From contig NC_068986.1 in assembly GCF_001194135.2 (NCBI RefSeq), positions 61,908,772 through 61,972,771 on the forward strand: DNA of 64,000 nt, given 5' to 3'. Origin of the DNA: Octopus bimaculoides. Lineage: Eukaryota. Shown in pieces: positions 27,246 through 37,321 of this stretch (position 1 is its first letter; every line of letters starts with the position of its first letter). A program made the position numbers and the translations under genes. The notes under the pieces are model-generated. The model had not been told where the DNA came from. It worked only from the letters and a program-made list of their open reading frames with translations, and did not search any database.

Positions 27246-27315
27246 AATCGTATACCAGGTTTCGCCATCAATTCTTTTACTTACGTAAAAACGTCCGTGG
27301 CTCGTCAGTACGACC
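27246..27315 (-). ncRNA. Type I hammerhead ribozyme, intact core (PLE type)
   Basis: Minus strand: tcgta-CTGACGA-GCCA...TGGC-GAAA-CC T GG-TA-tacga; stems I, II and III all pair; cleavage triplet GUA with H17 at 27253. Confidence 0.8.
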
Positions 27316-27409
27316 GTTCTAATTCAATATAATTTGCAGAACTATACACGAATTGTCTTCATAAAGTTTGATGTGCGTACAGTTCTACTGATTACATTGG
27401 GGTTATTTG

Positions 27410-28842
27410 CATGTACAGGGATGCTACCAGTAAGGTGAAGGTTGGCAATGAGTATAGATCGCTATACTCATTGTACAAGTAGGGGTTTAGCAAGGATCAG
27501 TTCTCAGCCCCTTCTTGTTCATCATAACCCTCCAGGCAATAACAAAGGAATTTAAAATGGGCTGCTCCTCTATGTGAATGACCATGTTCTCCTAGCCAAA
27601 TCACTTCAAGAACTAGAGAAATTTCAGGTGTGGAAGCACGGTCTAGAATCGAAAGGTCTTGTTAATCTAGCAAAAACCAAAGTCTTAGTAAGTAGAAGAG
27701 CAGAAAAACTACAAACCCCTTCGGGTAGATAGCCCTGCTCAATCTGTAGGTAGAAATTCCATAAAATGTACCCAGTGCAAGCTATGGGCACATAAGGGGT
27801 GNNNNNNNNNNNNNNNNNNNNNNNNNNNNNNNNNNNNNNNNNNNNNNNNNNNNNNNNNNNNNNNNNNNNNNNNNNNNNNNNNNNNNNNNNNNNNNNNNNN
27901 NNNNNNNNNNNNNNNNNNNNNNNNNNNNNNNNNNNNNNNNNNNNNNNNNNNNNNNNNNNNNNNNNNNNNNNNNNNNNNNNNNNNGTAGCTGAAGTTGATA
28001 CTCCAGGAGCATATCTGCTAAAATAATAATAGGCTGGGCAAAGTTCAGAGAGCTCCTATCTCTGTTGGTAACAAACGGCCTCTTTCTCAGAGTGAAAGGT
28101 ATATCGTATGATGCTTGTGTGCGAACAGCCATGAAATTAAGCTAGTATGTTTCGCTGGAAGCGTAATGTCAGTGTGTATGCATGGCAAAGTGTAAGCCAC
28201 TTGAGAGAAAAATTGGGCATAAGAAGCATCAGATGTAGTGTGCAAGCGAGACTGCTGGTATGGTCATGTGATGCATACAGACAAGGACAGATGTGTAAAG
28301 AAGTGCCAAACTCTAACGGTGGAGGGAACTTGTGACTTATGGAAGAGGTAGACCCAGGAAGACATGGGATGAGGTAGTGAAGCATGATCTTCGAACATTG
28401 AGCCACATGGAGGCAATGACAAGTGACTGAGACCTTTGGTTATATGCCGTGCTTGAGAAGACCTGTCAAATGAAGTGAAATTGTAGTCGTGGCTGATGCC
28501 AGTGTCACATAAAAACTACCCCTTCAAACGTTAGGAGATGTGCTGTGCCTTGATGCAACTAGCACATAAAAAGCACCATTCAAGTGTTGGTCCTCACAGA
28601 GGCAGTGACCAAGACCTTTGGCAATATACCATACTTGAGAAAACCTGTCAAGCCAAGTGAGATTGTAGTTGTGGCATATAAAATGCATCCACTTCACTCT
28701 TGGAGTGGTTGGCATTAGGAAGGGTAGCCAGTTGTAGAAACTATGCCAAGTCAGATTGGAACCTGATGCAGCTTACCAGTTTCCAGTCAAACCATCCAAA
28801 CCATGCCAACATGGAAAACAGACGTTAAATGATGATGATGAC
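27410..28842 (+). mobile_element. Degenerate RTE LINE 3' half, sharing deletions with 9013-10268
   Basis: RT C-terminal half, PHD start (PCSICR), 3' UTR and (GAT)n tail. Confidence 0.9.
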
Positions 28843-29654
28843 AATGGTTTTGTAGAGGAATTAGATACCACAGGTTTTGGTCGGTGAGGGTTAAAAAGTG
28901 CCAAAACTATAAAATCAGCTTTTTTGGCCTTTAGAACCCAAAAACTATACGTCTTTTTTTTTTTGTTTTAGAGTTAAAAAATACTGATTTTATAGTTTTT
29001 AATTTTAAAGGGCCTAAAAAAGGCCAAAAGAATGACATGTACATTATTAAATATGCTAAGAGACAATCTGAAAACAATAGAAACTTTTAAAAGTTTACCA
29101 TTTTTTATGAAATTTGGGGGTTAACAGACTTGAGTTTATGGAAGCTAAATATAATGGAAGTTAATTATTCCGATAATGATTTTCAAAGTTAACTTAAATG
29201 TTAAATTGTTAATGAAAATGTTAACTTTGTTAATTAACGATTAACGGATTGACAGGTTCTGATGAAGTGGACAAATGAAAGAAAGTGACACTCAACACAT
29301 TTAGTAGGAGTTACATGTATTATTTAATAACAGTTTAGCTCAGCCCCATGCAACTTAAAGTTTTGTAGGCTCATAGAATGAACCTAAATTGTCAGGAGTT
29401 TGTAGATAAGGTAATAGGAAACAGGATAAATTGAAGATGGCTTCAGATGTTAGGTCTCTATTGGTCAACTCAGATCACATACTGCTATTGGTTTCAAAGC
29501 AACATCAGTTCATATCTTTGTTCTCATGTGGTTGAATAAGGTGTTGGTAGGCAGCTGTCACCACTATGTCTGGAGACTGCAGTATTGTTTATTTAGTGAC
29601 ATCAGTCCATTGTAGAGTGTGATGTTGTGGATTAATAGGAGACTAACATTATAA

Positions 29655-31703
29655 CAGTAACAATATCATGGAGAGGCAACCACTCTTTGAAAAATATCCA
29701 AATACCACCAAGTAAACTTTATTTAATGCACCTCATCAAGAAACAAAGTGTGTTTAATTTAAAGTTTAAATCCTGAAAGTGCCTTCCCCAGATAAAGGAT
29801 CTTGTGAGCTTTGAAGCTGACATAATGAACATGGTAAAGAAGTTAAGATTTTGGGGTTGTTCTAACTTCCTTAACTCTTGGCAAAAATGAAACAATCACT
29901 TCACGTATATATCCTTGCTAATAAAATAACAAACACTTCTATGTGTGTAAATCGTTTTACAAACACAGTCACCAAAACATACAAGAAAACAAACACCTCT
30001 ATATATGACATCAACACTGAAGCAAAAGAGCTAGTCACCCTTCTAAATACAGAGGATTATGTGGACTGCCTTTCCATCTGCCTCCAACTATATTTACTTA
30101 AAGATCATAAAACCCAACTTCCTTTCTAACCCTAAATGCAGACTCATTAACCCTGCTAAGAGTGAAACAAGCATAGTAAGTTAGTGTATTCTCAATACAA
30201 TCAGTTACAATATTGGAAGGGCTACAGGTTTGATCCAATGGTATTGCATCACTGCTGAAATCAACTGGTTCTTCAACATCAAAAATAAGGGAGCCTACAG
30301 TTTCATCCAGTTTGATATCATGGATTTCTACCTTTCAGTGTTGAAATCTTTTCCCCTGATGGCAGCAGACTTTGGTAGGTAATTCACCAATATCAATTAC
30401 CTTGATATCAGAATCATCATGAATACTAGAAAGTTAATTGTGGTTCACAGTGACTCTATTAGGTGAAGAAGGAAGGTAGGCAACCTTCTGTTTGCCAAAC
30501 ATATGTGGAACTACAACAAGGGTGGCACTGCTGACCTTGTTAGGTTATTTATCCTGGCTACTCTAAAAAAGTGTGGCCCTATATAGAGACAACAGCCTGG
30601 CAATCTCAAGCCAAATAAAGGTCCATGCCATGGAGATGTTCAGGAAGGATCTGATAAAGATCAAACAATTTTGCCTATCTATAATAGTCACCACCAATTT
30701 GACAAAAGTCAACTTCCTGAACGTAACCCTCAATCTGGAAAAAAGCAAAGTATGTATATCTGGATTGTCAGGTGTCAGTGGTTTCATGCTCATTAAGAGG
30801 GCATACCTCAGGAGGCAACAATCAGATAGCTCATTCCTTTTGTTGATGGAATACATGTAGTCTCTTGTGGAGGCAGAGTTGGCAATTGTGAGCTCCAGGT
30901 GGTCACGAATTCTCCAGATAAAATGGGAGGTGGATTTTTTCCTACCCCTGTACCTGAAAGAATGCATATACTGTGCATAACCTCCCTTGCAGACATTGGC
31001 TGTCATACCCATGTAGTGTCTTGTAATGCTTATCAGATGGTGTGAGGGTGACTATAGATTGCAGTGCTTGAGAGGCAAGATTCTCCCGGTGGGCAGTTGG
31101 TAGGATTTTGCCAGTTGCAGGTTGGGGTGTGTATCAGAAGCTGTGTAGGTGTGTGCTTGTGTCTGTTGTAGGATGTGGTGTTAGAATTGTCTAAGTTGGA
31201 GTAACTGACCTTGATGTTGTAGGGATTAAAAAGTTTATAATACTTATGGGTTTTAGAGAAGTTTTTCTTAATTAGCTTCAGGAAACGTCTAGCTATGATG
31301 GTTGAAACTTCTAGGTTAAATTGAGAATTGAACCAGATTATCTTTCTCTTTCTGGTCCTCTTCGGGTTTGGTGGTTGGAGTGGGGTATCCTCCATATATA
31401 CTAACTCCTCAGTGAATCCACTCCTTGCTAATGCCTTGTTACAATGGTGTGGACTGGCTTTGCTTAAGATCTTTCTGACTGCTGATAGCTTAGAGATTCT
31501 TTCAGGTACAGGGGTAGGAAAAAATCCACCTCCCATTTTATCTGGAGAATTCGTGACCACCTGGAGCTCACAATTGCCAACTCTGTCTCCACAAGAGACT
31601 ACATGTATTCCATCAACAAAAGGAATGAGCTATCTGATTGTTGCCTCCTGAGGTATGCCCTCTTAATGAGCATGAAACCACTGACACCTGACAATCCAGA
31701 TAT
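29655..31703 (+). mobile_element. Penelope-like element (Naiad type), RT + GIY-YIG, decayed and internally inverted
   Basis: + strand: SLKNI.IP, FKS.KC.PQIKDL..FEAD, INTEAK..LKDHK, CRLINPAKSE, FIQFDI.DFY, YRD, VNFLNVTLNL. Minus strand 30756-31495: RKRKIIWFN...IKVSYS, YMGMT...HSF...FIW...NKRNEL. Confidence 0.8.
30756..31703. repeat. 208-bp near-perfect inverted repeat (30756-30963 / 31496-31703)
   Basis: Direct comparison: the arms are reverse complements with one mismatch seen (LPTLPPQ vs LPTLSPQ in the ORF track). Confidence 0.9.
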
Positions 31704-32321
31704 TAGGTTTTTCTTCTCCATACTCAAGAGCACAGCATTTTAACCCCAGCCATCTGTATAGATGACAGCCCCGCCTATGCTGACAGTCCAACCTAACACC
31801 ATTTAATTTTAATCCAGCACCACCAAATGTGGTTACTCATATGGAAAGGCTGTTTATGATAGTGTTAGTCCTCCGCTAATCCATGACAACCCCTGCTCTG
31901 CTATATATAGCAAAAAATGTCTCAAACTGATGCCACTAAATAAACAATACCACAGCCTCCAGACATAGTGGCAGCAGTTGCTTACCAACATCCTGTCTGA
32001 CCACATGGATCTGAGTGCAAAGATAAAAACTTGTAGCAGAACTGTTTTATTATAATATTAGATATCTTGTCAATTTGCGGAGGGACTAAATGAACATTTG
32101 AGACAATATAATGACAAAAAACAATCCTACATACTCTACCACACTGGTTCAACTTGACATCCACATTTTATCCAAGCACCCAAAGAACCCAACGTTCAGA
32201 CAAATACATGAGTATGTCCTCATAAATTAAACATCCCCAGTACTAAATAAGAAATATACATAGAAGGTAGTCATACCCCAATACCCACAGGTAGAGTTGT
32301 TAGTAGGCTGTTATGTAGACA

Positions 32322-32352
<31 letters not shown>

Positions 32353-32355
32353 TGA

Positions 32356-32971
32356 CTTCTCTCACCACCTCACTATACTTACTGGTGACTGACAGCCTGC
32401 TTCTGCTGATGGGTTCTGGCTTGGTTCAACTCCTGCTTCAGCATCTTCCGCTCCTCCATCTTCTGCCAAGTCTCGTCACTTATCCAAGGCTTCCTGTTCA
32501 CTGGTCGTCTTCCCAGAACCTCTTTGCACACTCCAACTGTAGCCTCCTTCAAATTTGTCCAGGATTGTTCCACAGTTGCCTCTGCCTCCTCTGTCTGTAG
32601 GGCTTCAAATCAATTGTGGGAAAGGGTCAACCAGGAGCCCATACATGTTCAGATTAGACGAAGGAAATGGAGATGGATCAGACACACACTGCGGAAAGAA
32701 CCCTCANNNNNNNNNNGGAGATGGATCAGACACACACTGCGGAAAGAACCCTCAAATGTGACATGACAAGCACTTGACTGGAACCCGCAGGGGAAAAGGA
32801 AGTGAGGATGCCCGAAGCAGACATGGAAGTGGAGCGTTTTGGATGAGCTTATGACCACCGGCCTGACATGAGAAGCAGCCAAGAAACATGCCAATGATCG
32901 CAAAAAGTGGAAAATAACTGTTGAGGCCCTATGCTCCACAAGGGGAAAAAGGATTAAGAAGAAGAAGAAGA
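32356..32971 (+). mobile_element. RTE (second family) insertion with inverted 5' segment, (GAA)n tail and 13-bp TSD
   Basis: Minus-strand linker piece (NRFEAL..QSWTNLKEA..RKPWISDETW) joined to + strand 3' end (RRRKWRWIRHTLRK..ALDWNPQGKR..EALCSTRG); ATATATATATTGA at 32343-32355 and 32972-32984. Confidence 0.8.
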
Positions 32972-33081
32972 ATATATATATTGATAGAAATGGTAAGACA
33001 ACAAAAGAATGAAAGAGACCTCGATATTATGTAAATAGAGGAATTTATCTGTAAAAATAATATGTGACAATCATTCGGTAG

Positions 33082-33150
33082 CCATGATAAAACTCAGAGT
33101 TTCAGATGTTGGGGCGGAAACCCACGCCGGCATCTCTTCAGTTATTGGGC
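33082..33150 (-). ncRNA. Type I hammerhead-like motif (PLE type) with one extra nucleotide before G12
   Basis: ataa-CTGAAGA-GATG...CATC-t-GAAA-CTC T GAG-TT-ttat; palindromic stem III and a second helix GGCG/CGCC in stem II. Confidence 0.6.
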
Positions 33151-33471
33151 CATCAAAAAAATGCTATGGAAATGACCGTTACACAAAGGGAAATTACTGT
33201 GTGATTGACTGTTATTAAAACAAAAGAGCTATTAGAATGACCACTAAGTAAGGGGAGGGAGTAAAGGTAAAGGGGTAAAAATGTTCATAGCAATCGCGTA
33301 AGCACGCATGTCCATACATACATATGTGCGCCCGCACACCCACGTACATGTGCCTATATGTATATACTCATCCACCCTCACTTAAGTGATTTTAAATTCT
33401 CAATCGCAGAATAATGCTAATAATATAGCCTGAACAGGATAAACTACCCCTATTTTGCAGAAAAATGTGTA

Positions 33472-33550
33472 GGTGGCTAGCTGTGGACTCGAACTCACAT
33501 CCCCGTGATTACGCGTCATGATGCTTTGACCAATTAAGCTAAACTACCCC
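33472..33550 (-). pseudogene. tRNA-like sequence (Thr-CGT-like pseudogene or SINE head)
   Basis: GGTAGTT TAGCTTAATTGGTCAAAGC...CATGA CGCGTAA TCACG...GTGAG TTCGAGT CCAC; A and B boxes and a D arm present, but acceptor, anticodon and T stems are imperfect and position 33 is G. Confidence 0.55.
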
Positions 33551-34556
33551 ACTACAAATTCCTCTGCAAATTTAAGATGTATAGAAATCTCGCTTTATAT
33601 ANNNNNNNNNNNNNNNNNNNNNNNNNNNNNNNNNNNNNNNNNNNNNNNNNNNNNNNNNNNNNNNNNNNNNNNNNNNNNNNNNNNNNNNNNNNNNNNNNNN
33701 NNNNNNNNNNNNNNNNNNNNNNNNNNNNNNNNNNNNNNNNNNNNNNNNNNNNNNNNNNNNNNNNNNNNNNNNNNNNNNNNNNNNNNNNNNNNNNNNNNNN
33801 NNNNNNNNNNNNNNNNNNNNNNNNNNNNNNNNNNNNNNNNNNNNNNNNNNNNNNNNNNNNNNNNNNNNNNNNNNNNNNNNNNNNNNNNNNNNNNNNNNNN
33901 NNNNNNNNNNNNNNNNNNNNNNNNNNNNNNNNNNNNNNNNNNNNNNNNNNNNNNNNNNNNNNNNNNNNNNNNNNNNNNNNNNNNNNNNNNNNNNNNNNNN
34001 NNNNNNNNNNNNNNNNNNNNNNNNNNNNNNNNNNNNNNNNNNNNNNNNNNNNNNNNNNNNNNNNNNNNNNNNNNNNNNNNNNNNNNNNNNNNNNNNNNNN
34101 NNNNNNNNNNNNNNNNNNNNNNNNNNNNNNNNNNNNNNNNNNNNNNNNNNNNNNNNNNNNNNNNNNNNNNNNNNNNNNNNNNNNNNNNNNNNNNNNNNNN
34201 NNNNNNNNNNNNNNNNNNNNNNNNNNNNNNNNNNNNNNNNNNNNNNNNNNNNNNNNNNNNNNNNNNNNNNNNNNNNNNNNNNNNNNNNNNNNNNNNNNNN
34301 NNNNNNNNNNNNNNNNNNNNNNNNNNNNNNNNNNNNNNNNNNNNNNNNNNNNNNNNNNNNNNNNNNNNNNNNNNNNNNNNNNNNNNNNNNNNNNNNNNNN
34401 NNNNNNNNNNNNNNNNNNGCCCCTGGGAGTTTCTCTATGCTGATGACCTTGCTCTAATAGCTGAGTCACTATCAGAACTAGAGGAGAAGTTTCAGGTGTG
34501 GAAGCAAGGTCTAGAATCGAAGGGCCTTAGAGTTAATCTAGCAAAAACCAAAGTCT

Positions 34557-35243
34557 CAAACTGTCAAGGCACGGAAGTGCCGTCTCGCCGACGTGTCCGA
34601 GGTGCGGGCAGGACAGGGAAACCGTCTTGCACACATTTGTGGAATGTTTGGAATTAACGGGACTGATAGTTTTCGCAGAACAACTGTTGTCATCGATGGG
34701 AAGAGTACAGCTATCAGCTGAATCTATCATTGAGATTGTGCTGCCTCCTTCCCTTAACAGAGAAAGGAAGGCTTGCTTTTTCTGCATAGTAGCCATACTG
34801 AAAGAAACAGAATGGAAGACGCATGTGAGAGGAATAGTGACTGGTACCTTTGTATCTGGCCAGGGGTTGGCTAACTTTTTTAGTTACCACCTCAGGAGTA
34901 AGATCAGGCTAGAGAAGAAGTGCCTGTCACGAGAGAGATTCATGAGAAGATGGAAGCCTGTGGCGAGAAAACTGGGAGTATCTGACTCCAGGTAAGTGAA
35001 AACCAGAAAAGGGAGGAACAAGCAAGGGGTCTACCTTGGTGATCGGATGCCTGTCCTTCAGAGCAGCCATTACAAATCGAAATGAGCAACGCCGAATAAG
35101 AAAACTAGTAATATAATTATTATATTTTTGTATTATATTTTTGTATTTAATCGCTAAATAGCAGCTAATACACCCTTTATGTTTGTCTGTCTATGTTCGT
35201 CCCCTCTTTGTAATGCCTTCATGGCAAATCGTTAATGAAATAA
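34557..35243 (+). mobile_element. 5'-truncated Tx1/L1-type retrotransposon 3' end nested in RTE
   Basis: CPRCGQDRETVLHTFVEC zinc knuckle, about 120 further codons, stop, 3' UTR ending in A-rich gaaataaa; interrupts the RTE exactly after aaaaccaaagtct. Confidence 0.7.
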
Positions 35244-36139
35244 AGTAGGAAGGCAGATAAATGACAAATCCCTTCAGGTAGATAGTCCTGCTCGATCTGT
35301 AGAAAAGGCGTAGGTAAAAACTCCATAAGATGTACCCAGTGTAAGCTATGGACACATAAGAGGTGCAGCAATATCAAATGAAGGCTAACTGAGAAGATAA
35401 GTTTTTGTGTTGTTGCAAATGCTCAGAGGCAATAAACACTGAAAATGTGCAGAAAACAGCATCTAGAAGAAGTTGATAGCTTCCGTTATCTAGGTGACCA
35501 AGTCAGTAGCGGGGGTGGATGCTCTGAGAGTGTAGCTGCTAGAATAAGAATAGCCTGGGCAAAGTTCAGATAGCTCCTACCTCTGCTGGTGACAATGGGC
35601 CTCGACTGTATGACGCATGTGTGTGAACAGCCATGCTACATGGCAGTGAAACATGGGCTGTGACTGCTGAGGACATGCATAAGCTTGAAAGAATGAAGCT
35701 AGCATGATCTGCTGGATGTGTAATGTCAGTGTGCATACATGACAGAGTGTAAGCGCCCTGAGAGAAAATTTGGACATATGAAGCATCAGATGTGGTGTAC
35801 AAGAGAGATGACTGCGCTGGTATGGTCATGCATTACGTATGGATGAGATCAGCTGTGTGAAAAACTGTCACACCCTAGCAGTAGAGGGAACCTGTGGAAG
35901 AAGTAGACCCAGGAAGACCTGGGATGAGGTGGTGAAGCATGACCGAGACTTTTGGAGATATGCTGTGCTTGAGAAGACCCAGTAAGCCAAGTGAGGCTGT
36001 AACCGTAGCCTATGCCAGTGCAGTATAACCGGCCCATTTAAGAGTTCCCATCAATCATTGGGCAATAAAATGCGCTTGTGAAAACCTGTTGAATCAAGTG
36101 AAGTCATTGTCATGGCTGATGACAGTACTGCCTGATTGG

Positions 36140-36500
36140 TACCTGTGCTGGTGGCACATAAAAAGCACCATTCGTGCATGGTCGATACCAGTGCCACCTG
36201 ACTGGTCCCATGCCGGTGGCATGTGAAAAGCACCATTCAAGTGCGGTTGTTGCCAGTGTTGCCTGACTGGCTCTCGTGCCGGTGACACATAAAAAGCACC
36301 ATTCAAGCATGGTCAATGCCAGTGCTGGCTGACTGGTCCCATGCCAGTGGCACATAAAAAGCACCATTCGAGTGTGGTTGTTGCTAGTGCCATCTGACTG
36401 GCTTCCGTGCCGGTGGCATGTAAAAAGCACCATTCAGGCATGGTCGATGCCAGTACTGCCTGACCAGCCCTTGTGCTGGTGGCATGTAAAAAGCACCCCT
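36140..36500 (+). repeat. Tandem array of 65/66-bp units in the RTE 3' UTR
   Basis: AAAAGCACC recurs at 36161, 36226, 36292, 36357, 36423 and 36489. Confidence 0.9.
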
Positions 36501-36676
36501 TACACTCTCGGAGTGGCTAGTGTTAGGAAGGGCATCCAGGTGTAGAAACTTTGCCAGATCAGATTGGAGCTTGGTGCAGCCTTCTGGCTTGCTAGCCCTC
36601 AGTCAAACTATCTAACCCATACCACCATGGAAAGTGAACGTTAAATGATGACAATGATGATGATGATGATGATGAT

Positions 36677-37008
36677 ATATATATGTGTGTGTGTGTGTGT
36701 GTGTAGCTAAATGGATATGTAAGTAAACAGACAGATAAACAGGTACACAGGTAATATGGACAGACAAGCACCCATTCACACATACATACACAAATGAAGA
36801 CTGAAACACATGACCATACACACACACACACACACAAGGGCACATATGGAGATTCACAGCCATAAAAACCAAACAAAACCATACAAATAGACACACTCAA
36901 ACACGCACACACAAGAAGACAGAGGTACACACACACATACAAACACACTCACAAACAGACAAACAAACACATGAATATGAAGAATACATACATACAAATG
37001 TACACACA

Positions 37009-37060
<52 letters not shown>

Positions 37061-37180
37061 TACACATACATGTATACACACATACATGCATACACACATG
37101 AATACATATGTGTAAACACATGCACACTGATGCACAAACAAAGAAACAAAAAGAACGCAACTGTGATAATGGACAGAGTT
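36677..37180. repeat. Compound microsatellite tract ((TG)n, (CA)n, (TA)n)
   Basis: Directly visible dinucleotide runs. Confidence 0.9.
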
Positions 37181-37321
37181 AACGACTATTGAAAAGGTTG
37201 CAAAATGAAATGAAAATTTTAGAAAAAATATGTAAGTAAATGAATGGAAATTGAACTGAATAATAAGGCATGGAAAGAGAATGACTCTCCCCAAATACAA
37301 TAATATATATATATATATAAA

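Larger units (their letters stand above)
34420..36676 (+). mobile_element. RTE LINE (PHD family) 3' half, interrupted by a Tx1/L1 fragment
   Basis: PWEFLYADDLALIAESLSELEEKFQVWKQGLESKGLRVNLAKTKV; resumes at about 35244 with the PHD and C-terminus; 3' UTR array and (GAT)n tail. Confidence 0.9.

Noticed and set aside
29259-29280. CTGATGA...GAAA motif
   Set aside because: No stem II pairing or stem I/III complement, so it is not a hammerhead.
32669-32754. 38-bp direct duplication inside the RTE insertion
   Set aside because: The two copies flank a 10-N gap, the signature of unmerged overlapping contig ends.
33472-33550. Functional tRNA-Thr gene
   Set aside because: Mismatches in the acceptor, anticodon and T stems and G at position 33; kept only as tRNA-like.
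33552-34469. Long ORFs in the track here and at 56339-57125, 60383-60841 and 61463-62268
   Set aside because: They consist mostly of X from assembly gaps or (TA)n translated as YIYI. The SLVSRPETKRSL peptide at 61480-61583 is a SINE family B remnant.
36140-36500. Repeat array with hairpins resembling a CRISPR array
   Set aside because: The intervening sequences are homologous rather than unique spacers, the array lies in a LINE 3' UTR of a eukaryotic genome, and there are no cas genes.
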